NCBI GenBank assembly: GCA_951406725.2 | Contig: OX597835.1 | Span: 5,022,001 to 5,086,000 of the forward strand | Origin: Octopus vulgaris | Taxonomy: Eukaryota | DNA length: 64,000 nt | Direction: 5' to 3' | Shown: piece after piece, positions 43,921 to 58,040 of the stretch | Layout of the letters: each line of letters starts with the position of its first letter | Position numbering within the stretch: position 1 is the first letter of the stretch | The notes under the pieces: generated by a model | The model's input: the letters and a program-made list of their open reading frames with translations, nothing else | Told to the model about the DNA's origin: nothing | Database searches by the model: none | Made by a program: the position numbers and the translations under genes

Positions 43921-44329
43921 GTGTGTGTATGTGCAGCCATCTGATGACACACTACAGAACTAGTGTGGGAGCTTTTTGATACCACCTCGTATATATATAA
44001 ATATGTATATATAAATATGTATATATATATTTACTCAAAATAAGCAACAAGAATGATTCCGGTAATTTGGTACAATCGTTTCGCACTACATCATTTTATT
44101 AAATGTTGTAAGTATTACAACAGATTTAAGATGCTGAGTACTCATCAGCCAATTATAGAGGTTTTCCATAAATACAAACATTTTCCAACCAAGTGGCAAC
44201 ATTATAGAGAAGGTAGATATACAGACAAAGATGTGGATTTAAATTTTAAGAACATATGAGGTAGTGAAGTCCTTTCACTGACTGACTAAGATATGGCTGT
44301 TCCTAACTGCTGTAAGGTTAGAAGCAATA

Positions 44330-44394
<65 letters not shown>

Positions 44395-44749
44395 CCTATA
44401 TATAAATGGAGAGGGGGAGACCCCTTCGGTCATGACTGACCGTGGGATTGCACCTAGAAAGTTACCCTCCAAGGTACAAATCCGGGCAAGGTTGTTTATG
44501 GAAGGCCAGCAGTCGCCCATGCATAACTGCCTCCCCCTCTCCACACCACTGATGTTATCCAAGGGAAAGGCACAGGGCGATGTGCAGCTTGGCACCTGTG
44601 ATGCCGTAACTTATTTCTACAGCTGAGTGAACTGGAGCAACATGAAATAAAGTGTCTTGCTCAAGAACGCAACACGCAGCCTGGTACGGGAATCGAACTC
44701 ACAACCTCACGATCGTAAGCCCGACACTCTAACCACTGAGCCATGCGCC

Positions 44750-44785
<36 letters not shown>

Positions 44786-47700
44786 CACACACATATATAT
44801 ATGCACAGACTCACCCACATGCACACACACACACATGCATACATATATATATGCACAGACTCACACACACACACGAACGCACACTCATATATATATAAAC
44901 TGTATGCCTATTTATATTATTCATTTCATTACCAATATAATATAGCCATATGTGTATTAATAATATGTTCCCTTTATTATTTCAGTTTGTAAATGGCAAA
45001 GTGACAAGGGGGTCCACATTATCAGTTTCAGCCGTCTTTGTCAGTTCCAATCTATTGATCTGCTCTTTCCAATCCGTCCAGTCATGGGAGATCTCAGTGA
45101 GTTTTTATAAAAACATCAAGAGCAACGTTTTACTTTTCTTCGCATTTGACTCACGTTGCACCACTTGTGACACCAACAGTTGCCAAGAAAGAGTAAGATT
45201 CCTTTGTTTTATTACATATCATTTGGCTTTTTCTTTTTGTTTTTTTATTATCTTCTTGCAATTTAGAAATGTTCTGGTCCATTGACCATTGCAATCAATA
45301 TTTTGTTCAGGTGAATATTGATTCTTTCTGTCATCACTTTTTATTTATACATTTACATCTTCATACACTTACACACTCGTACTCACACATAAGCACACAT
45401 TTATATATGACTGCACACACACACACACACACACACTCACACACATTTATATATAACTACACATGCACTCACACACACATGCACGCACACACACACACAG
45501 ATATATACAACTATACACACATACACATTTATATATGACTGCACACACACATACACACACACTCACACACATTTATATATAACTACACATGCACTCACAC
45601 ACACATGCACGCACACACACACACAGATATATACAACTATACACACATACACATTTATATATGACTGCACACACACATACACACACACTCACACACATTT
45701 ATATATAACTACACATGCACTCACACACACATGCATGCACACACACACACAGATATATACAACTATACACACATACACATTTATATATGACTGCACACAC
45801 ACACACACACACACACACATTTATATATGACTACACATGCACACGCATGCACTCACACACACATGCAAGCACACACAGATATATGCAACTATACACACAT
45901 ACACATTTATATATGACTACACACACAGACACAAGTACACACGCATACAATTATGCTTCTAACGTCTGTGGATCTCTTCAATACAGGAAGAGTTAAATGT
46001 GGTTTCAGTTTTACTGCTCTTATTCCCTTCCAATTTGACTGTCTAAAGATTTAGTATTCTACAGTGCCAAAGAAACACAATAGGTTTAGCATTTCATTAA
46101 ATTCATTCCTCTTTGCTGATAAACACAGGTTTGCATGGCACCATAGTGTTTGCAGTCTCAGAAGAAATACCATCACTCATTCAAACCAACATGCTAGTGA
46201 CTACTAACTCACTGCTTTTTGTAGATGTATGTATGTTAGTGTGTGTGTGTGCATGTGTGTGTATACATATATATATATGCGTGTATGTGCATATATGTGT
46301 GTGTGTGTGTATGTATATATATATATATATTTCTTAACTACCCACAAGGGGCTAAACATAGAGGGGACAAACAAGGACAGACAAAGGGATTAAGTCGATT
46401 ACATCAAGTCCAGTGTGTAACTGGTACTTAATTTATCGACCCTGAAAGGATGAAAGGCAAAGTCGACCTTGGCGGAATTTGAACCAAGAACACTTAACGG
46501 CAGACGAAATACGGCTACGCATTTCGCCCGGCGTGCTAACGTTTCTGCCAGCTTGCCGATATGTATGTATGCGTGTATATGCAATCTTAGAAAAATGTTA
46601 CAACAGCGTAAAGTTTGATCATTTTTACCCAATCAGAAAACAGGATTTGGAAGTTACCATTATCTTTATATACCAAAAGGCAAATCAAAAACTTAGTTTA
46701 GAGCTATTTATCACAAAAGGAAAATAAAACACGACAAAGTTTCAAACAAAATGAAAGCAGTTCTATATTTAAGAGATGAGGAATTATGTACATTATTTAC
46801 ATTATTTACATTATTTACATTATTTACATTATTTACATTATTTACATTATTTACATTATGTACATTATTTACATTATTTACATTATTTACATTATTTACA
46901 TTATTTACATTATTTACATTATGTACATTATTTACATTATTTACATTATTTACATTATTTACATTATTTACATTATTTACATTATGTACATTATTTACAT
47001 TATTTACATTATTTACATTATTTACATTATGTACATTATTTACATTATGTACATTATTTACATTATTTACATTATTTACATTATTTACATTACTTACATT
47101 ATTTACATTATGTACATTATTTACATTATTTACATTATTTACATTCGCCGGATATTTGTCCTCATCTTGTTTGTTGTTAATATGGCGTAGTGGTTAAGAG
47201 CGTGGCTACTAACCCCAAGATTTTGAGTTCGATTCCAAGCAGTGACCTGAACACTAATAATAATTATAATAACATCGAAAAATACCTTAGGAATGAGAAC
47301 CCAGGTTCGAAATTTCCTCAAGACAACTGAAGAAAGCTGGAGGATATATCAGCCGAAATGTGTTAGCAACAAGCAAGATGAGGACAAATATCCATCGAAT
47401 GTAAATAATGTAAAATGAAAACAGTTACATGAGAGATATACATATACTGGGAGAGAGAAAGAGAGAGAGAGAGAGATAAAGAGTGTGGTAAATATATATA
47501 GAAAGGGGAGACAGAGAGTGATAGATTTGACAATCTAAAACTTAATGTGATAGTTGCATCTCCATACGTTCTGACTTCAGTTGCTACTGGGTTCAACTTT
47601 ACCAGTGAAATACTAAAATTGATGTTATTGGATTTACCTCGCTTTGAATTTTAGACCATACCAGGATCAGTAAAAGAGTGAAATTGAAGTATAGTCTGAG

Positions 47701-49141
47701 ACCGAAGGAGAGGGTTGTGTTTGGGATGCAGTGTTAGCTGTTGTGTATGTTGGGTCACCCAGGGAAATCAGATTCTCTTTTCCTTCTGACGGCACATTTG
47801 CTGCTGTGTGAGATATTAATTTTTCTTGCCTTCTACAGAGTTCTCTAAAAATTTGTATCTAAATTATAACCATTTACATTCTTTATATTGTATCAAATCA
47901 CACCAACTGATGTCTTCCTTGTTATATATGTACATTGATCTGAATTTTTATTTCAAGACTGATATATGTCGAATTAATGGTAAATGTCAAGAACCTGGAG
48001 AAAGCTTTGAAGATGATGAAATCAATATTTGTAACCCAGCTTCTAGTAAAACTCAGTGGACAAGGATTACAGGTGAATTTTTTTTTTTATTGGACTTGTA
48101 TTAGTTGTTAAGTTAAATCCGATGTTGTGGAGGTTCGTGGCTTAGTGGTTAGGGTGTCAGCATCATGATCGTAAGATTGTGGTTTCGATTTCTGGACTGA
48201 GTGGCATGTTGTGTTCTTGAGCAACACACTTTATTTCAAGTTGCTCCAATCCACTCAGCTGACAAAAATAAGTAACGCTGCGATGGACTGGCGTCAAATC
48301 CACATACGCTGGGGAACACATACGCTATAGAAACCGGGAAACCGGGCCTATGAGCCTGGCTAGGCTTTAAAAGGGCATATTTATTTATTTTATTTTAAAT
48401 CTGATGTTAAAGGAGATGATAATGACAACATCACCTATCATTGCTGTTGTTGTTGTTGTTGTATCCTCTAATCATTAATACATATCTTTAATTATCATCA
48501 TCATCATCATTTAATGTCCGCTTTCCATGATAGCATGGATTGGATGATTTGACTGAGGACTGGTGAACCAGATGGCTACACCAGGCTCCAGTCTGATCTG
48601 GCAGAGTTTCTACAGCTGGATGCCCTTCCTAATGCCAACCACTCCGAGAGTGTAGTGGGTGCTTTTACGTGCCACCGGCATGAAGGCCAGTCTGGCAGTA
48701 CTGGCAATAGCCACACTCAAATGGTGTTTTTTACATGCTACCTGCACAGGAGTCAGTCCAGCAGCACTGGCAATGACCTCACTCGAATGCTTTATTCATG
48801 TGCCAGTAAGGCGACGCTGATAAAATTCACGCTCAAATGGTGCTTTTTACGTGCCACTGGCATGGAAGCCAGACAGCTGCTCTGGCAGTGAACTGTTATT
48901 TTGGTGTTACATAGGAAGCGCTTATGCCAGTGCCAAGTTGAAGAACCTGTGTGAGAGTACCTCACAAGAGTACTCATGCTGGTGCCACAGAATAAAGTAC
49001 TCAGTACATTCTGTGAAGAGATTAGCATTAGGGAGGGAATCAGGCCATAGAACCCATGTCGAAACAGACAAATGGGACCTAGCCAGCTCTCTTGCTGGTC
49101 AGTTCTTGTTGAACCATGCAAATATGGAAAATGGATGTCAA

Positions 49142-49176
<35 letters not shown>

Positions 49177-49917
49177 ATTTTATGTCTACTAAAATTAAAT
49201 TCTCTCTTTATTTCAGCTGACATAATTGAAATGAAACGTGTTCACATTACAAACATCATCGGTAATACATTAACCACAACACAAGGAAATATGACACTCA
49301 TTGGAAATCCTTCTTTGGTGGACGGCTGGAAAGGTGGTTTTGCAATCAATTTGAGGAATGGACAGTGTCTGCAAACTGAAAATTATTTTTCTGGATTCTT
49401 TGACTGCTTCAGAAAAAATGGTCCCAATTGCCTTTTGGGATTCACCATGAAATTCTCTATGAAGATCATGAGGTTACAAGAAAATTCTTTAATAATGTCA
49501 ACTGGTTCTGATGTATCAACTTCTTCGGGAATGTTTATGTATTACAAAAAGGGCAAGTTAATTGTAACTGTTGCTGTAGAGCATTATACATGGAGCGTCT
49601 ACACCAAACTCAGAAGTATTAGAGTTTTCTCGACATTTCAAATTAGTTGGAGCAAGACCATGGGATTGTCCCTCCTCGTCAACAATAAATATAATGCAAA
49701 GTCTGGAAAATACTACTTCTCGAATACACCAAAGAATGTACCTACTGAGAATACACTCTCCATAAACTGTGACCCCAAGAAGACACGAAAAGTTTCAGAT
49801 ATTACTTTTGGGAGCTTCAGTGTATGGCTAGCAGAACAGAGAATTTTGGTTGCCTTAGAAATAACCACAGGTATTATTATTATTATTATTATTATTATGA
49901 TAATTTTAGTTATTATA

Positions 49918-50015
<98 letters not shown>

Positions 50016-50728
50016 CATTATTATTGAGTGAGAGAGCAGTGCATGCCATCAAAGTGACACTGGGGTAAAATATACAAAGCCCAGTATGCCCATCATGATT
50101 ACCCGTCTGATAAGGGTACACTAGTCACATGCATCACAACCATATGTGCGCGACATGGTGATCTCATATCAAGATAAACAGCACAGGTGGGGCCCAGTTA
50201 AAATTTTCTTCTGGTCGAGTAACCCATCCTACTCAAAAGGTCCTTGAATAAGGGTTGTTTAAGGATGTTGAACGAACCACCCATGTTTCCAGAGGTGAAT
50301 TATTCAAACCCTAAAGAACCCCTCTCAACACATGGCTATGATGCTCTCCAACTACTTCTGCTTGTGATCAGAGATGCACATATCGTCAACCACCAAGGGA
50401 CATGCTCAACTGGTTAAGGTCAAACAACTGACAAGCAAATCTGTGGTATTGAGCAAAATATTTGCTGTAGTCCATCTGGAAGTATTAGCTTTTTGTCTCT
50501 TCAGTATTATCCCACCCACAAAAATGGGGGTCAAAGGCAGTGCTCATCCTTCCTGACCAGCTCTCTTTATTCTTTTACTCTTTTACTTGTTTCAGCCATT
50601 TGACTGTGGCCATGTTAGAGCACTGCTTTTAGTCGAGCAAATCGACCCCAGGACTTATTCTTTGTAAGCCTAGTACTTATTCTATCAGTCTCTTTTGCTG
50701 AGCTGCTAAGTTACAGGGACAAACACAG

Positions 50729-50782
<54 letters not shown>

Positions 50783-51429
50783 GACGGGCTTCTTTCAGTT
50801 TCCGTCTACCAAATCCACTCATAAAGCTTTGGTCAGTCCAAGGCTATAGTAGAAGACACTTGCCGAAGATGCCATGCAGTGGGACTGAACCTGGAACCAT
50901 GTGGTTGGTAAGCAAGCTACTTACCACACAGCCACTGCTACGCCTATGTTAATATGAAAAAATTAATGATTTCCTTAATTTTTCTAAAATATTTTCCACC
51001 TGCAGATGAACCTACTCTAAATACAATGCCTGTTCTAAATTTGAACCACACGGAAAACACTATGTTTACCTGTGCATTTGAAATGATCAGAAGAAAAGAT
51101 GTATCATACAGTGTGAAATGGTATATTGATAATGATATGAAAAAGGAAGAACCCATTGAAAGAGGGGTTTCCCAAATCTCATGGAAGCAGACAGAATCCT
51201 ATGCTTATCCCATCGGTACAGAGGTGAATATTCAGTTTTTATCTCTCATCATCATCATCATCGTCATAATATCATCATCATTATCATTTTAATATCCACT
51301 TTTCCCTGCTTGCATGGTTCAGATGGTGTTTATTTGAGGCAGATTTTCAATGACTGGATGCTCTTCCTGTCACCAACTTTCTTCTGTTTCCAAGCCAGGT
51401 AATTTTTCTCCATGACCATCCATCCATCT

Positions 51430-51460
<31 letters not shown>

Positions 51461-54400
51461 TCACATTTCTGATTTATGGCTTCTTAGTTGATTACTTATA
51501 TATAACTCAAGAAATATTGATATATTTTTTTTTAGGTGTTTTGCGAGATAATTCCTTGCTTTACATTCGACTGCGCTAACACTGTTGGACCATTCAGACG
51601 GAGTAAGAAGTTTGTATCACAACTAACTGTAAGTTTATTTCATAGATATGTACACACACACACACACACAAATATATGCATATATATATATATATATATA
51701 TAGCAGCAAAATTAAGGAACGGTCATAATAGGCCTTTCAACCCACTAGAAATAGCAGCCAAGGCTTCAACCGCAAAAAAATATTAATTCCGTAAACAAGG
51801 AGAAAATTTAAAAAACATTTACCCTGTTATACTTTATACAATGCATCGTTTCATCTATTTTTTAATGGTAAATCAGCCTGATTAAATTAAATCAAACTAA
51901 TCCTCCATAGGCCAACATATTAATAGTCTCTGACTATTTCCTTTTTCCCACTAGACCGCTGGTGGCAAATAATTTCTGCTGAATTTTTTGCTACCCTATA
52001 TTGATTAATTATATATATATATATATATATGTATACACACATACATATATATAAAATTGACAAGGGAAACAGAAAATGGATTTCGTACAAATCTTCATTC
52101 AATGCAATGATCCTTTCAACCCATCCTGCAGTTAGAGTATTGTGCATCTAGTTACATTGCATCAGTCAGTGTGGTCTGTATCTCCTCATGTTTTGGTATA
52201 AAAGATATCCAAATACAAATACTGAGTTCTTCTGTGCATCTTGTACTCCCTCATAGTATGTGGGTCCACTGACTGAGAGAAGAATAATTCTGAGGTTATC
52301 GCCTGTAGATGGATCTAGCTACATATAACATAAATGGAATTAAAAGAATAAAGGGTAGAAAATAAAACATGTCCATCTGTTGTTAATCCATAGCTCTCCA
52401 ATCTTAAAAGAGACCACCTTTTAGCTAAATAACTTTCCTCCATCTCAGGAGAGTATCCCTCAGGCTTACAATATAAATAAACATGATGTGGAGGGTGAGC
52501 TATGCTAGAAAGAGTTTCTACTTGCTAAAAATAGCAACCCCCTCTGCACCTCAAATGAAACCTCATTATCTTCATTGAAATAAGAAAATAAGAGGTGTCA
52601 TGGACATTGTAGTGCCAGGTATTTCCCGGCTAAACTTAGACTAGATGCTGATGGCTGGACTGTAGTTGAACATAAAGCTTCTCTATCATCATTGACCCCG
52701 GGTTAAACAGCATCAGGAATAACAGCAATAATGCACATGAAATGTTAAGAAAAAAATAAACCAACAACAACAAAAAAAAAATAATAATCTTTTATTTATT
52801 ATTTGTAGGTGCATGGATATTCATTCGCCATTGTTGAAGGTGACACCAAGAATATATCTATCAGTACACCATTACCACCAAGAATGCTCTGTCCTTTAAA
52901 ATCCCAATCAGTTGTTTCTTCAACGATAGAAGTCAGCAGTAGCATAGAACCTCAGAAAAACCCTTGGCAGTGCTCAGATGGTAAACCACTCATTCAGCTT
53001 GTCTTTGGTTACTCAGCCAACAGGAATTGCACTGGAATATCTTGTCCTGACATAATCACAAATGCTAAGAGTAGTTGGTTGGACAACAGACTAAATATTC
53101 CTTTGAAAGCAACAGTAGACATCATCAAAGATGGCTCCCAACAACTGACATTGCTTTTAAATGCTGACCTCATTTGTAATAAAATTGTGGACCCAATAAT
53201 GAAGGATTTTAAAATTAAAGTAAGTAATTCTTAACTAATCAGTCAATTATAATTGTAATGAAATAAATACATGAATTTGTAGGAGCATCAAGCTAAGGGT
53301 TAAAATAAAGTTACAGTTTCTCTCAAGATCTTTGATCAGAACATTCATTACCAACATATTATAAAAGCTATTCTAAATAACAGGTGAAGTCTGTTATAAT
53401 AATCCTTTCTATTATAGGAACAAGGACTGCAATTTTGAGGGAGGGGTCTAGTCAAATGCACTTAGATAACAATGTAGTCTTTTTATAGATCATAACAAGG
53501 TGTTTACATGAAACAGGCTTTAAAGGTGTTTTGTTATGAGTCCTATATGTGATTTTATGATGTCTCCATTGTTTTGAACTTTGGCCTATGTATGTATATG
53601 TATATATTTCTTTCAAACTATACTCTTGAATGATGAGTCATTTAAATATCTGTTTGTGATCTAAAAAATTTCTTCAATTGTTTCTCTAACTCTACAGGTG
53701 ACAGTAAAGGATAGATATACACCTACATGCAAATCAGTTACAGATCCACATGTTACCACTTTTGATGGAAAGTATTTTAAGTGCTTTGAAGTTGGAGAAT
53801 TCTTGCTGTATCGACATAATACCCTTCCTTTTGCAGTAAGTATTACACAATATATATTGTAGTCTTTTCATATCTGCTTGTATGTACCCACAAATGTATA
53901 TGTGTGTGTGAGTGAATGTGTGTGTTTGTGTGTTTTATGGTCCTGAAATGGTGTAAAATTGGAATATTTCCACTGTAGCACACAGCCTAAGACTGTGGCT
54001 CTTGAAATAAAATTTCAAGAAGATCAAAATTCTGCTGAAAACTTAGAAACCTTATCGAAGAGCTCAGGAACTGTGATGGATCATGCAAGCAGTTTGACAA
54101 TACAGGAAACCTGTATAATGTCAATACTGATCACTACAAGTATCATATACATAAGGGATTTGATACGGGACACAAAACTACACCATCTTCCACTTTGAAA
54201 AATATCAACATGGAGGGACTCAAAATAGTTAAGGACTTCAGCATTCAAGACAGGATGAGATTATGCCTACCAGAACAACTTTGGATTACAATGAAGGGCC
54301 ACAAACTGGATTTCTCCATTGCCTCATCCATCAGGTTGATTAGCCTGCCCAAATCTGACATTGGTCATATTAGCAAAAATATTATGGATAGGAAAATCCC

Positions 54401-57400
54401 AACATTGATAAACCTCGTGAAACTGGATCTTTGATTGAGTCTGGTGCATATAACTGATGTTCTTGCATGGTAGTTTGAATTAGAGATACGAGATGCTGAT
54501 TACTGAGCATTTATATTGACTAAATAGTGGGTTAACTGAAGGTACTTGTGAAGTGAATAATGAAAGTGATAAGCTCCCAACAATATCTGAACAAGCTAAG
54601 AAGTGGGTTAGAATATAAGGAGGTGTAAATAGATCCGCATACAAAAATTTTAAGTAAGTAGGACTGATGAAAATTTAGAAAGGAACCTGAAAGTTTCACA
54701 AAAGTCAGTATTATTTGTACAGGCACAGTATCAAAATTTCCTTACTCTTGTTAATAAAATCACTCTTAGTGGTTTTGATTGCAAGTATTTCCACCAAGCA
54801 CAGGTTAGACTCAAGCTCTCCACCCATATATGGGAGAGAAGTTTCCACCACAGACGAGGAAATCTAATATGGTTCTTCTCAGTTTCAATCCCCATGCCAG
54901 TTCACCCAATTATTTAAGTTGCTAAAAGAGTGGAGATGGTTATAGAAACTTAGTTTAAATTGAGATGATGTGGTTCTTGTATAATATTCAGTCGCTGGTG
55001 CTATAGTTGTTTCATTACTCTTTTCCTCATTTGCAGGTGCATGCATTCTACAAAAGCTGCAATGGTCGAGCATCTTGTAACTGTGGTGTTGCCGTGCAAT
55101 CTGGAGACAATGTTATTCTATTGAATAGATGCAAAGGAAGTCAACTAAAAATAAGAATCTTTAAAAGCAGTGATACTTTACTCGCTGGAACAGCCATTCA
55201 CAGATTAGCAGATGGTAGAAAATATGAGGTAAGTCATTATTTTAATTGATTAAAACATACTGGTTTAGAAATCAAATTCCTCAGAGAACAAGCATAATTT
55301 TTATAGCTCACATTCTTATTTAGTGAAATACTTTTCTTGCTCTTTCTATATGCATCTGTGTGTGTGTGTGTGTGTGTGTGCGCACATGCACAAAATCATT
55401 ATCATCACCATTTAACACCCATACTTCATGCTGGCATGAATAAGACAGGTTGATGAGAGCATGCGAGCCAGAGGATCATGCCAAGTTCTGTTGTCTGTTT
55501 TGGCATTGTTTCTACAGTTGTATGCCCTTCCTAGTGACAACCACTTTACAGAGTTAACTTAGAGCTATAGTAGAAGATACTTGCCCAAGATGCCATGCAG
55601 TGTGATTGGGAAACAAACTTCATAATCCATCAAACATTCCTATACTAAACCACTCTGTAAGAGAAGTAAAATTCTTTCAAATTTTTTTTATTTGAGTTTT
55701 ATAAATAATTTTGAACACATTTTGTCTTTTAGATTCATCTTCCAACAGGCAGTGTCATTTCTTGCCAACTTACCTCAACATTTATAAATCTCTGGATGCG
55801 AGCTTCTCCAAAGGATTTTAATAAAACTAAAGGTAACTTTTGATTACATTAAATCTATCACTTCTACTTAATTGAACTATAACAAATAATTTCAATATTT
55901 AAACTGTGAACAGTTGTAACAAAGTGGACACTGTCAAAGGCACCCAAGGAATGCAGGTGTTAAAAAGACAATGGATTAAGTCTTTCTTTCAAACCCAGAA
56001 ACTTCCTCAGTTTGGCTTTCCTACCATTCAAACCCAGAAACTCTGTTTGGTTCTCCTACCATTCAAACCCTGAAACCCTTTCTCTGATTGGTTCTCTTAC
56101 CATTCTCTGCTTCCTATATTTCTCTCCAAAGCTTTAGTAGAAGACACTTAACTTATTGTGAGATTGATCTCTAAACAACATCATTGTAAAGGAAACTCTT
56201 TCACTACAGCCATGTCTAGTTCATTGTTGCCCAATTAAGATAATATATTGTCAATAAGAGGATATTAACCAGATTAATTAGAAGTAATTAAAATTTACTC
56301 ATTTATATATGCATCTGAATTCAAAATCTCCTGAGGATATTCATCTTCCTATGTGTTATCATTTCAGTTCCAATTATATTTATATTCTTTTCTACTCTAG
56401 TAGGCACAAGGCTTGAAATTTGGGTGGGTGGGGGCCAGTCAATTAGATCGACCCCAGCACACAACTGGTACTTAATTTATCAACCCTGAAAGGATGAAAG
56501 GCAAAGTCAACTTCAGTGGAATTTGAACTCAGAACGTAAAGACAGGCGAAATACTGCTAAGCAATTCGCCCAGTGTGCTAATGATTCTACCAGATCACTG
56601 CCTTAATTATATCTATATTGTTGTGTCAAACAATATAATAAAGCCATTATTATTGATAATTATCGTTTTTTATTGTCTATTCATTTAGGTATGTGTGGTA
56701 ATTATGATGGAAATAAAAGAAACGACCTGCTAATGCCAAATGGAATGTTTTATGCTAAAAAGAGCAGTTCACTACGAACTTTCTGCCTTGCCTGGAGGTG
56801 AGACTACAAATTGATATATAAATATAATTCATCTTCTTTCCTATAGTTGATGGTGGAAGGGAAGCACCTCTAATCATTTACTTTATTCTTTTGAAAGACA
56901 TTTAGAAGGTTCTTCTTAAAAGCAGCTTGTTAAGTGGGGGGTTTTTTTAATGAATTTTCTCTATAATTGGTGTACAAGTAGCTAAATGGACATCTTGGTC
57001 TTCAACAATGGGAAATTTGTTAACTGTAGTTTATAGTATGGTTGTTGTGTAATTCCTGGTTAGATGTGAGTTAGCAGAGGTACAGAGGTGATAGGTGGCT
57101 AAAGGACATGATGTTTTCTAACAATTGAAAACTGTGAACTTATCAAGTTTTCCACCTAAAAACCTTGATACATCACGACCATAACAAACAATGAGAGACA
57201 ATATGGTGATCTCAATATCACTCACAACATCATACGCGGAAAGTGTAACCTCTCGAAAGAGCTGTTCTTCACTCCTGCTCCAGAGCATAGGCTGCGGGGT
57301 CATTCCGAAAAGCTCTATCTGCAACGATTTCATCTCAATCGAAGGAGAGGGGCTTTCTCCGTCCGGGTTGCAGATCCATGGAATAAGCTGCCGGCCGAGA

Positions 57401-57998
57401 TAGTGAAGATGCCGACGACCGCTTGGTTCAAAGTCTCTCTTGACCAGAAATGGCCTGAACTCTGTGTATGAACACCCTCCCTGTACATAACTCCATGTCC
57501 CCCTACACGGCCTTGCTTTTGCTTTTTGAGCCAAAAAAATTAAATTAAATTAAAATTAAATATCTCACTCTGCACCACCCTACATCACTCTTAAAGCCCA
57601 GAAGTTCAACTTTCTTTCTAACCTTAAGTTCAAACTAATCAGACTCTTTAATAGTAAGACAAGCATTATAAGTTGATGTATTCTTGGTGCCGCAAACTCT
57701 GATATCAGAAACGTCAAAGAGTTGAGTGAACATAAGAAATTATAACATAGACTTACAAAGTTGGCTTCTCTCAAGAAATCATAATCATTAAAAATATTAG
57801 AATAAATAATCAAATTACAGAATAATACTTAATTATAGCCATTAAACTATTAAAGCATCAGTATTTGAAATAATTTGTTTGTATGTATGTATGTATGTAT
57901 GAATGTATGTATGTATGTGTGTGTATGCATGTGTTGAGTGTATATATAATGTATGTATGTTGGCTTCTATCTATCTATCCATCCATCCATCCATCCAT

Positions 57999-58040
<42 letters not shown>

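Noticed and set aside
46751-47197. Long repetitive ORFs (TLF/HYL/YII repeats)
   Set aside because: They are translations of the intronic 9-bp satellite, open in three frames only because the unit lacks stops.
47183-47250. Genuine tRNA gene (also SINE heads at 8650, 10521, 28069, 22795-22870)
   Set aside because: A/B boxes are present but there is no convincing cloverleaf or acceptor stem; most are embedded in repeated SINE bodies.
53959-54480. Possible extra exons or ORFs of 79 aa
   Set aside because: No counterpart in the other modules, and the flanking exons already join in frame; it is probably a very decayed LINE remnant.
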